Below the pieces are notes generated by a model. The model was given only the letters and a program-made list of their open reading frames with translations, searched no databases and was not told the DNA's origin. 64,000 nt of DNA from Escherichia coli. GTDB lineage: Bacteria > Pseudomonadota > Gammaproteobacteria > Enterobacterales > Enterobacteriaceae. Positions within the stretch are counted from its first letter, which is position 1. Each line of letters opens with the position of its first letter. The translations under genes and the position numbers were made by a program. Below, one piece after another: positions 55,976-63,974 of the stretch. The stretch lies in NCBI RefSeq assembly GCF_017348835.2, contig NZ_CP071375.1. One strand, written 5' to 3'.

Positions 55976-56956
55976 ATGGTGACAATAAATAACGCAAGAA
56001 AGATTCTACAACGTGTCGACACTCTTCCTCTTTATTTACATGCTTATGCCTTTCATTTAAATATGCGGCTGGAAAGAGTGTTGCCTGCTGATTTACTTGA
56101 TATCGCAAGTGAAAATAATCTACGTGGCGTCAAAATCCATGTTCTGGATGGCGAGCGTTTTTCTCTTGGTAATATGGACGATAAAGAACTCTCTGCCTTT
56201 GGAGATAAAGCCCGCCGTCTGAACCTTGATATTCATATTGAAACCAGCGCCTCAGATAAGGCATCTATTGACGAAGCCGTCGCCATCGCGTTGAAAACTG
56301 GGGCATCGTCCGTACGTTTTTATCCACGTTATGAAGGTAATTTGCGCGACGTATTATCGATTATCGCTAACGACATTGCCTATGTACGGGAAACGTATCA
56401 GGACAGCGGCCTGACTTTTACGATCGAGCAGCATGAAGATTTAAAAAGTCATGAGTTGGTGTCGCTGGTCAAAGAAAGTGAGATGGAGTCTCTTTCCTTA
56501 CTGTTTGATTTTGCGAACATGATCAATGCAAATGAGCATCCCATAGACGCCTTAAAAACGATGGCACCGCATATTACCCAGGTCCATATCAAAGATGCCT
56601 TGATCGTTAAAGAACAGGGTGGCCTGGGTCATAAAGCCTGTATTTCAGGTCAGGGTGATATGCCGTTCAAAGCGTTATTAACGCACCTTATCTGCCTGGG
56701 TGATGATGAGCCGCAGGTGACGGCATATGGCCTGGAAGAAGAGGTTGATTATTATGCACCGGCGTTCCGCTTTGAAGACGAAGATGATAATCCGTGGATC
56801 CCTTATCGCCAGATGAGTGAAACACCATTGCCAGAAAATCATTTACTGGATGCGCGGTTACGTAAAGAAAAAGAAGATGCAATTAATCAGATAAATCATG
56901 TGCGTAACGTACTACAACAAATCAAACAAGAGGCAAACCATCTTCTGAACCACTAA
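55976..56956 (+). CDS. yihM: Sugar-phosphate isomerase/epimerase (TIM-barrel) family protein YihM
   Basis: 326-aa ORF recognised as YihM. Confidence 0.88.
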   Translation: MVTINNARKILQRVDTLPLYLHAYAFHLNMRLERVLPADLLDIASENNLRGVKIHVLDGERFSLGNMDDKELSAFGDKARRLNLDIHIETSASDKASIDEAVAIALKTGASSVRFYPRYEGNLRDVLSIIANDIAYVRETYQDSGLTFTIEQHEDLKSHELVSLVKESEMESLSLLFDFANMINANEHPIDALKTMAPHITQVHIKDALIVKEQGGLGHKACISGQGDMPFKALLTHLICLGDDEPQVTAYGLEEEVDYYAPAFRFEDEDDNPWIPYRQMSETPLPENHLLDARLRKEKEDAINQINHVRNVLQQIKQEANHLLNH

Positions 56957-57057
56957 TAAGTTTTAACTCATACGCAGTTAACAAAACCATTCCATATGAA
57001 TGGTCGGTATCTTATTGCCTTTAAAACAGTGATTTTAAAAATCGCTTAGGGGATGTT

Positions 57058-58323
57058 ATGCTCACGAAAAAGAAATGGGCGTTATTTAGTCTATTAACAC
57101 TGTGTGGCGGTACAATTTATAAATTACCGTCGCTGAAAGATGCGTTTTATATCCCGATGCAGGAATATTTCCATTTGACCAATGGTCAAATTGGTAATGC
57201 TATGTCGGTAAACTCATTTGTTACCACAGTGGGCTTTTTTCTGTCTATTTATTTTGCCGATAAACTACCGCGCAGATACACCATGTCATTCTCACTCATT
57301 GCGACAGGATTACTGGGTGTTTATTTGACGACAATGCCGGGGTATTGGGGCATCCTCTTTGTCTGAGCGCTATTTGGCGTTACTTGCGACATGATGAACT
57401 GGCCGGTCTTGCTCAAGTCGGTAAGTCGATTGGGCAATAGCGAACAACAAGGTCGGTTGTTTGGCTTCTTCGAAACAGGGCGTGGCATTGTCGATACCGT
57501 GGTGGCATTTTCTGCGTTGGCAGTATTTACCTGGTTTGGCAGTGGCTTATTGGGTTTTAAAGCAGGCATCTGGTTCTATTCCCTTATTGTGATTGCCGTA
57601 GGCATTATTATTTTCTTTGTCCTGAATGACAAAGAAGAGGCACCGTCCGTTGAGGTGAAAAAAGAAGACGGAGCATCGCAAAACACCAGTATGACCTCGG
57701 TGCTGAGAGACAAAACTATCTGGCTTATCGCTTTCAACGTCTTCTTCGTTTACGCGGTTTACTGTGGCCTGACATTCTTCATTCCATTCCTGAAAAACAT
57801 CTATCTATTGCCCGTTGCGCTGGTGGGGGCTTACGGCATCATTAACCAATACTGTCTGAAAATGATTGGTGGACCGATTGGTGGCATGATTTCAGATAAG
57901 ATCCTGAAATCGCCAAGTAAATATCTATGCTACACCTTTATCATCAGTACCGCTGCGCTCGTACTGTTGATTATGCTGCCGCACGAAAGTATGCCGGTCT
58001 ATTTAGGGATGGCATGTACGCTGGGCTTTGGCGCGATAGTCTTTACACAGCGAGCCGTATTTTTTGCACCTATCGGCGAAGCAAAAATTGCTGAGAATAA
58101 AACAGGCGCGGCGATGGCGTTGGGTAGCTTTATTGGTTACGCCCCGGCGATGTTCTGCTTCAGTCTGTATGGCTACATTCTGGATTTAAATCCGGGGATT
58201 ATTGGCTACAAAATCGTGTTTGGCATTATGGCCTGCTTCGCATTCTGTGGTGCGGTGGTTTCCGTAATGCTGGTTAAGCGTATTAGCCAACGTAAGAAAG
58301 AGATGCTGGCGGCTGAAGCTTAA
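57058..58323 (+). pseudogene. yihN: MFS transporter yihN interrupted by an in-frame TGA at 57364-57366
   Basis: Two same-frame ORFs (102 aa ending ...GILFV-stop, then 310 aa from MMNWPVLL) separated by 24 nt that translate in frame (ALFGVTCD); together they reconstruct a 421-codon MFS transporter. Confidence 0.8.
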
Positions 58324-58328
58324 TTAAT

Positions 58329-58406
<78 letters not shown>

Positions 58407-58413
58407 TTTCACA

Positions 58414-59106
58414 TCAGAAGAAATACTTCGTCCCGATACGAATCTGGTTTTGCTCGCGGTGGTACGGTTCCACGTTGCGATCTAACCAGCGCAATTCAAT
58501 ATAGGGCAGCCAGTGCTCGTTAATGCGGTAACGGAAGGTGTTAGTGATTTCCCAGTGATGCTTCGTGCCATTGCTGCTATTGAAATCATTAATGTTATAA
58601 AAATAATGCGGCTCAAAGGTATATGAGAACTTATCGGTAATAATAAAGTTCCAGTAGTTGCCAATCTCGTAGCTGTCATTATTATCCAGATCACCGTTTA
58701 AATCGGTTGAGCTGTAGTTATTATGGTTAAAACGATTGCGCACTGTCAGGTTAAACCACGGAGTAAATTTGTAGTTAACATCCAGATAAACAGCACCACC
58801 GGAACCGGCGCTCTTATCATTAATTAAGCCACCGGGCTGGATGGTTAATTTATCGGTTGGTTTAAATAACGGATACCAGCCTTCAATTTCGTTATATCCA
58901 TGTTTTAGTTCATCTTCTCGCTGAAAGGTGTAGGTATTGGTTAACATAATACCCGCGCCCATATCGAAGTTATAACCCACACGTAGCATAACCTCGCCCT
59001 GATCGGAGGCGAGATTATATGCCTCCCTGTTTTCGACGTATGCGCCAGCGAATACTGAGGCAGAGGTCAGAGAAGATAATAAAATTATTGCATTAATATT
59101 TTTCAT
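58414..59106 (-). CDS. ompL: Outer membrane porin L
   Basis: ORF track 58414..59172; Met23 (MKNINAIILLSSLTSASVFA signal peptide) gives 230 aa; C-terminal aromatic YFF. Confidence 0.9.
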   Translation of the reverse strand: MKNINAIILLSSLTSASVFAGAYVENREAYNLASDQGEVMLRVGYNFDMGAGIMLTNTYTFQREDELKHGYNEIEGWYPLFKPTDKLTIQPGGLINDKSAGSGGAVYLDVNYKFTPWFNLTVRNRFNHNNYSSTDLNGDLDNNDSYEIGNYWNFIITDKFSYTFEPHYFYNINDFNSSNGTKHHWEITNTFRYRINEHWLPYIELRWLDRNVEPYHREQNQIRIGTKYFF

Positions 59107-59172
59107 AATAAGTCCATTTTTAAACGTAGGGAGGCCGCCACCCACCAGGATGGAAATAGCGGCTATTGACAT

Positions 59173-60056
59173 TTATAACGTTACGGAAGCCGTTTTTTCT
59201 TCTGTCGCCATCTCTTTATTTTTGCGTTGGTTGATTTCCTCAATAATCAACGCAAACCGTTTTTCATTGAGTGTGTAAAAGAATCCCATCGTCAATGCAG
59301 CAATAATTGCCAGTGCACAAGGCCAGATAAAAATGAGCTGACGCAAACCCTGTAATGTCGCATCACTTTGCGCGATGTTTGGAACATAACCGATTTGCGT
59401 CAGCATAATCCCTGGCAAGAAGCCAGCAAGTGCGGCAGAAATTTTACGAAAGAAGGTATAACCGGTATAAACAGAACCTTCGGCACGAATACCGGTTTTC
59501 CATTCACCGTAATCTACGGTATCTGGTACCAGTGCCCAGTTCAGGCTGTTTACAAAGGCCGTGCCAAAAAAGGCGACACAAGAGAACATGACGAAAGTGA
59601 AAGAGTTACTTCCCCAGAAATAATTCAGGATATCACCAACCGCCCATAGCACCATGCCAGCTAAATAAACCTGTTTTTTACCAAAACATTTTACAGTTAA
59701 TGGCACCAGTAATACGCCGATGAGGATGCATCCCATACTGAAGAATCCCATCCACGACAATAAATTAATATCATTCAGCACATACTGGGTGTAATAGACC
59801 TGAATCGCCAGTTTGATATTAAATGCCGCCAGGGTACACAAGTTAGCAATGCATAAAACCAGCAATGGCGGATTCCGAAATATCGCGCAAAATGATTTGA
59901 GAATACTGGCTTTATGTCCGGTTGGCGTTGTGTCCACATAATGCTCTTTGACGCCTCTGTAGCACAGCATCATAAAAATAAAGCCGCCAATGGAGAACAT
60001 AAGTGCCGCACAGGCATAACCGACGGTTGAGTCAGAAAAAAGCGACTGCAACGGAA
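59173..60056 (-). pseudogene. yihO: C-terminal ~294 codons of MFS (GPH family) transporter yihO; N-terminal ~170 codons absent, frame runs into IS629 end
   Basis: ORF-track product begins mid-protein (xQSLFSDSTVGYACAALMFSIGG...) with open frame upstream up to the IS inverted repeat at 60057; K-12 YihO is about 467 aa. Confidence 0.8.
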
Positions 60057-60098
60057 TGAACCGCCCCGGGTTTCCTGGAGAGTGTTTTATCTGTGAAC

Positions 60099-60986
60099 TC
60101 AGGCTGCCAGATCATTATTTCCGATGGAAGCATAATAAGCTTTTTCTGCTTCTGCCGGAGGAATATGGCCCAGCCTTTCCAGCAATCGTCGATTGTTATA
60201 CCAGTCCACCCACGTTAGTGTGGCCAGTTCCACTTCTGTCCGGTTTTTCCAGCTCTTACGGTGTATTACCTCCGCTTTGTAAAGACCATTGATGCTCTCA
60301 GCCATCGCGTTGTCATACGAGTCGCCAGTACTCCCTGTTGATGCCAGTAATCCGGCTTCCTTAAGCCGCTGCGTGTAGGCCAGCGATACATACTGAGAAC
60401 CTTTATCACTGTGATGGATTGTGCCGGACGGCCGACGGGCCCACAACGCCTGCTCCAGTGCATCCAGCACGAATGTTGTTTCCATGGATGATGAGACCTG
60501 CCATCCCACGATGTATCCGGCGAACACATCAATGATGAACGCCACATAAACGAAGCCCTGCCATGTGCTTACCCAGGTAAAATCAGCCACCCACAACTGG
60601 TCTGGACGTTCTGCCACGAACTGACGGTTTACGCGGTCGCATGCGGCAACGGCTTTCCGGCTGACGGTAGTGCGGACCTTTTTACCCCGGAGAACACCGG
60701 CAAGTCCCATAACTGCCATGAGACGTGCCACAGTGCATCTGGCCACTCTGATACCTTCCCGTAACAACTGACGCCAGACTTTACGCACACCGTATACCTG
60801 GTGATTTTCATCGTATACGCGCTGTATCTCTTTCTTCAGCCAGTCATCGTGCTGCGCACGGGCACTGCGTTTATCCGGATGATGTCGCTGTTGCTGACAA
60901 TGGTAATACGTTGACGGGGCAATATGCAGTTCGCTGCATACCGGTCCGCCCCCGTACTGCTCACGCAGCTTATCCAGCAGTGGCAT
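60099..60986 (-). CDS. IS629 transposase OrfB (DDE catalytic part)
   Basis: 295-aa ORF in the -1 frame relative to OrfA, overlapping its stop (AAAAAATAATG); DDE integrase-like (…WVADFTW…HSDKGSQY…). Confidence 0.9.
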   Translation of the reverse strand: MPLLDKLREQYGGGPVCSELHIAPSTYYHCQQQRHHPDKRSARAQHDDWLKKEIQRVYDENHQVYGVRKVWRQLLREGIRVARCTVARLMAVMGLAGVLRGKKVRTTVSRKAVAACDRVNRQFVAERPDQLWVADFTWVSTWQGFVYVAFIIDVFAGYIVGWQVSSSMETTFVLDALEQALWARRPSGTIHHSDKGSQYVSLAYTQRLKEAGLLASTGSTGDSYDNAMAESINGLYKAEVIHRKSWKNRTEVELATLTWVDWYNNRRLLERLGHIPPAEAEKAYYASIGNNDLAA

Positions 60987-61312
60987 TATTTTTTCCAGAG
61001 GCGGTCGAACTCCGCCTTCGCAAAATAAGCGGAAGCCTGGCGAAGGATATCGTTACTGCGGCGCAGTTCACGATTTTCACGTTCCAGCTCTTTCAGACGC
61101 TGACGTTCAGCGGTGGTGAGTCCACCATCACCACTCCCGGTATCCCGCTCATGCTGGCGAACCCAGACACGCAGAGTCTCCGGCGTACAGCCAATCTTTG
61201 GGGCAATGGAACAAATTGCCGCCCACTGTGAGTCATATTCATCCTGACTTTCCAGAACCATACGAATCGCCCGCTGACGGACTTCGGGGGAAAAACGAGT
61301 ATTTTTAGTCAT
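60986..61312 (-). CDS. IS629 transposase OrfA (HTH DNA-binding part)
   Basis: 108-aa [26 protein letters not shown]... with leucine-zipper-like C-terminus, typical IS3 OrfA. Confidence 0.9.
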   Translation of the reverse strand: MTKNTRFSPEVRQRAIRMVLESQDEYDSQWAAICSIAPKIGCTPETLRVWVRQHERDTGSGDGGLTTAERQRLKELERENRELRRSNDILRQASAYFAKAEFDRLWKK

Positions 61313-61455
61313 CCTGTTTACCTCTTTCTCAGGGAGTTTAGTCTCCAGGATTTCCGGGGCGGTTCACATATCCATACCTGCCAGAGAGTTCATAAATATT
61401 TGACCAATATCATTTGAATCTATGGAGAGAAAAGTACCCTTGTCGGATCTTTAAA

Positions 61456-61535
61456 GAAAGCTCATTTACGCATCATTTTTTATTTTTGCGAGGCGTTTTC
61501 CAGATATGATGTAACAGTTGCAGTTATTATAAGTT
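61456..61535. repeat. Imperfect direct repeat, copy A (about 80 bp)
   Basis: GAAAGCTCATTTACGCATCATTTTTTATTTTTGCGAGGCGTTTTCCAGATATGATGTAACAGTTGCAGTTATTATAAGTT; about 75-80% identical to copy B at 61895. Confidence 0.6.
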
Positions 61536-61609
61536 CAAGTAAAACAGCCTTGTATTAATACCAGAATAAGGGCATCTGTTTTTTTATATTCAAGAATGAA
61601 AAATTTTTG

Positions 61610-61828
61610 TCATTCCTTATGCTCCTTACACTGATCATCAACACCAACTACCTCCCCCTTTTGCCTGCCTCCCTTTGCTTTACGTACCGGAAATTGCTGA
61701 CGTTCCAGATATTGCTCTACCGCTTCGCGTAAAATTGCAGATCGTGAAACCTTACGCCAGCCCCGAAGCTTGTTCAGCCGTTTAATTGCCTCTTCTGATA
61801 AATGAAGAAAAACCGTATTCATCGCCAT
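61610..61828 (-). CDS. Ribbon-helix-helix (CopG/Arc/MetJ-like) small DNA-binding protein, 72 aa; possibly YiiE-like
   Basis: ORF track 61610..61855; start at Met10 (MAMNTVFLHLSEEAIKRLNKLRGWRKVSRSAILREAVEQYLERQ) preceded by AAGGTGG RBS; beta-strand then two helices pattern of RHH fold; basic C-terminal tail. Confidence 0.7.
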   Translation of the reverse strand: MAMNTVFLHLSEEAIKRLNKLRGWRKVSRSAILREAVEQYLERQQFPVRKAKGGRQKGEVVGVDDQCKEHKE

Positions 61829-61894
61829 TACCACCACCTTACATATATTACTCATTAATGTATGTGCGAAAATTACGCCGGAAAATTAATTAAC

Positions 61895-61975
61895 GAAAGC
61901 GGATTTTTGCATGTTGTTTTGTTTTTGCGAGACGTTCTCCAGAAATAATAAGAGCGTTGCAGTTGTTTCATTTGT
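61895..61975. repeat. Imperfect direct repeat, copy B (about 80 bp), upstream of the RHH gene
   Basis: GAAAGCGGATTTTTGCATGTTGTTTTGTTTTTGCGAGACGTTCTCCAGAAATAATAAGAGCGTTGCAGTTGTTTCATTTGTT. Confidence 0.6.
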
Positions 61976-62331
61976 TACTCAAAAATGGTTTAGTTATCGC
62001 CCAGGATGAGTTATGGGTGCTACGAATATATTATATTCAGGGATATTTATTTGCATAATCTGAATGGTGTAGCCGAAAAACGTCAGCATCCTAACAGCAC
62101 CAGGATTTAAGGTGAAATTAATCTTCCATCACAGACCTGTCAGTACTGCCACCAACCGGTCTTTACTTGCTCATCGTTATAATTTTGTTGGTAACAGTTC
62201 GGGAAACAAGGAATTCCTTCCGGCCCCCCCGGTATCATCCGATAGCATTGACGTCAATCATCGGCTCGACGGTGAGTTTTTTTAATCGCATCATAGGGTG
62301 GCAACGTTCAGCACGATACGGGTCATAACAA

Positions 62332-62371
62332 AACTCCTGAGCAGCGGCACTATGCCGCTTTCACAGGAGTT
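62332..62371 (-). terminator. Long stem-loop about 130 bp downstream of the large minus-strand ORF, candidate terminator
   Basis: AACTCCTG-AGCAGCGGCA-cta-TGCCGCT-tt-CACAGGAGTT; on the minus strand followed by TTGT (weak U-tract). Confidence 0.4.
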
Positions 62372-62498
62372 CTGAATGCTGGTGCTTTCTGTATGGCTTC
62401 GCCATGACCCTCGCGGCTAAGTGCCTGCACACTTCTCTCTATATTTGATTTTTGCAATGCATTGGCCGAATTCTGATAATCCTAATGAGTTTTACTCT

Positions 62499-63974
62499 TC
62501 AGACTCCCATCCCTACGGTATACGAGTTAGATTCATGAATGAAATCGACATTTTTAAAAAACGAATCTTGTAAAACATCCGTGTTGATATTACCTTGCAA
62601 CCCAACATTAAATTTGTTAGAGACATGAAGAACTCGAATATCAAAAAGGTCTTTTAACATCATTACTTCTTCGGCTGTTAATGAATCGCAACTAAAATAT
62701 CCCTGTTGATCAAAAAGGTTTTCTATTTCTCCACCATCGGCGAGGCGTTTTTCAAGGAGTGTTTGCAACATCGAGTTGCCAAGGACAATGGATATAGTGC
62801 GATCTTTCGCAGATTTACACCCCATCACAACGGCAACATTCGTATCCCCCTCAGGAGTTTCATTTATCGCTGTCGCTAAAATGGTGGTCAAACACGCAAA
62901 CGGAACTGTATTTCTTTCGTGATTTAATTTATCTACCAGTTCATTCCATTTATCAAAAGCCGGACGATATTTGTTGCGCACAGAAATATCCGACTGGTTA
63001 AACAATTCAGCCATGCGATTTTTTATCATCTCGATATCCGGCGAACCAGAAAGACTTTGCGCATAATACGGTCCTGATGATGTTGCATACATTAAAGCCG
63101 AGCCCACACCTGTCGCCATGATGGGCGCAGCCACGGTTTTGGCAAGGGCGACGCTGCGATGGCTATGCGCTTCACAGGTTAAAGGAACATATTCCACTGA
63201 CTGCGGTAATTCCTTACATGCCTCCCTCATCATTGCGGTATGCTTTACAAACAACGGTTTTTCACTGCCAAAAAAAACCTTCTGCTTAATTGCACTAAGA
63301 AAACGCAAATCAAAAATGATTGTTTTTGGTTTATTATTTTTTGGCACATTTCCTATTATCCCGCTAAGAACCTTCCTTGCTGCATGGAGATTTTTTTGCA
63401 CAGCACATAACACAATTGACGAAGCCTTCTCTACTTCGTCATTGATTTTAATTTTAAAATCTGCATGATATACGTTGACGGGCAGTGCAAGTATATCTGG
63501 CCCTACATCTTTGGCTGAGTATTTATTGGTGATCGACGGCCGTGAATCCACGAGAAAACTTAGCTGCAAATTATGCTCTATATTACCAGCTGTTTTTGTG
63601 GTGTGATTAAACATAGAGATGCCACCTCTCATTCTTTCACACATATCCTCAACTTTTTCACTTCGTTCTTGTGGCAATTTGGCTTTAACGTTAATTTGAT
63701 GATTTTTACCCGTGCATTCCTTAACTACAAGGGGAATGTTATCTAAAGTGCCATACAGGCTAATAACGTCACCAGGATTTTTATCATGTAAGTAAGTTTG
63801 ATTAATACTTGAAGCATTCACAAAGAGGTCAATATTATAACTGTTTATAACTTCACCTACATCAAATGTGTAGTGCTTACTCTGGAGGCTGCCATCCTTA
63901 TTTAATTGTATATCAATCAATATATCCCCGGACTTTGTCACCATATCTTTGCCATAAACCATTTGCATAGCCAT
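62499..63974 (-). CDS. Putative CX5R P-loop phosphatase, phosphoinositide-phosphatase-like (INPP4 / SopB / IpgD-type); N-terminus probably beyond window edge
   Basis: 491-aa ORF with no in-frame stop between first ATG (63974) and window end; exact CKSAKDRT octapeptide at residues 386-393 (minus strand 62819..62796, read directly as TGT AAA TCT GCG AAA GAT CGC ACT); AT-rich composition; next to IS629. Confidence 0.6.
   Translation of the reverse strand: MAMQMVYGKDMVTKSGDILIDIQLNKDGSLQSKHYTFDVGEVINSYNIDLFVNASSINQTYLHDKNPGDVISLYGTLDNIPLVVKECTGKNHQINVKAKLPQERSEKVEDMCERMRGGISMFNHTTKTAGNIEHNLQLSFLVDSRPSITNKYSAKDVGPDILALPVNVYHADFKIKINDEVEKASSIVLCAVQKNLHAARKVLSGIIGNVPKNNKPKTIIFDLRFLSAIKQKVFFGSEKPLFVKHTAMMREACKELPQSVEYVPLTCEAHSHRSVALAKTVAAPIMATGVGSALMYATSSGPYYAQSLSGSPDIEMIKNRMAELFNQSDISVRNKYRPAFDKWNELVDKLNHERNTVPFACLTTILATAINETPEGDTNVAVVMGCKSAKDRTISIVLGNSMLQTLLEKRLADGGEIENLFDQQGYFSCDSLTAEEVMMLKDLFDIRVLHVSNKFNVGLQGNINTDVLQDSFFKNVDFIHESNSYTVGMGV

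Larger units (their letters stand above)
60057..61366 (-). mobile_element. IS629: IS3-family insertion sequence, IS629-like (1310 bp)
   Basis: Imperfect terminal inverted repeats TGAACCGCCCCGGGTTTCCTGGAGAG (60057) and reverse complement of TGAACCGCCCCGGAAATCCTGGAGAC (61366); two overlapping transposase ORFs; proteins recognised as IS629/IS1203-type. Confidence 0.9.

Noticed and set aside
60054-61369. Target-site duplication flanking IS629
   Set aside because: Looked for a 3-4 bp direct repeat at both ends; flanks are GAA and CAT, so none is present. Reported as a finding (rearrangement junction) rather than a simple insertion.
62499-63974. Possibility that the large terminal ORF is an IpaH-type (LRR plus NEL E3 ligase) effector or an Rhs/toxin fragment
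   Set aside because: No leucine-rich repeat periodicity, no NEL CxD catalytic motif and no Rhs YD repeats were recognisable; the only strong signature is the CX5R P-loop, so the phosphatase interpretation was preferred.
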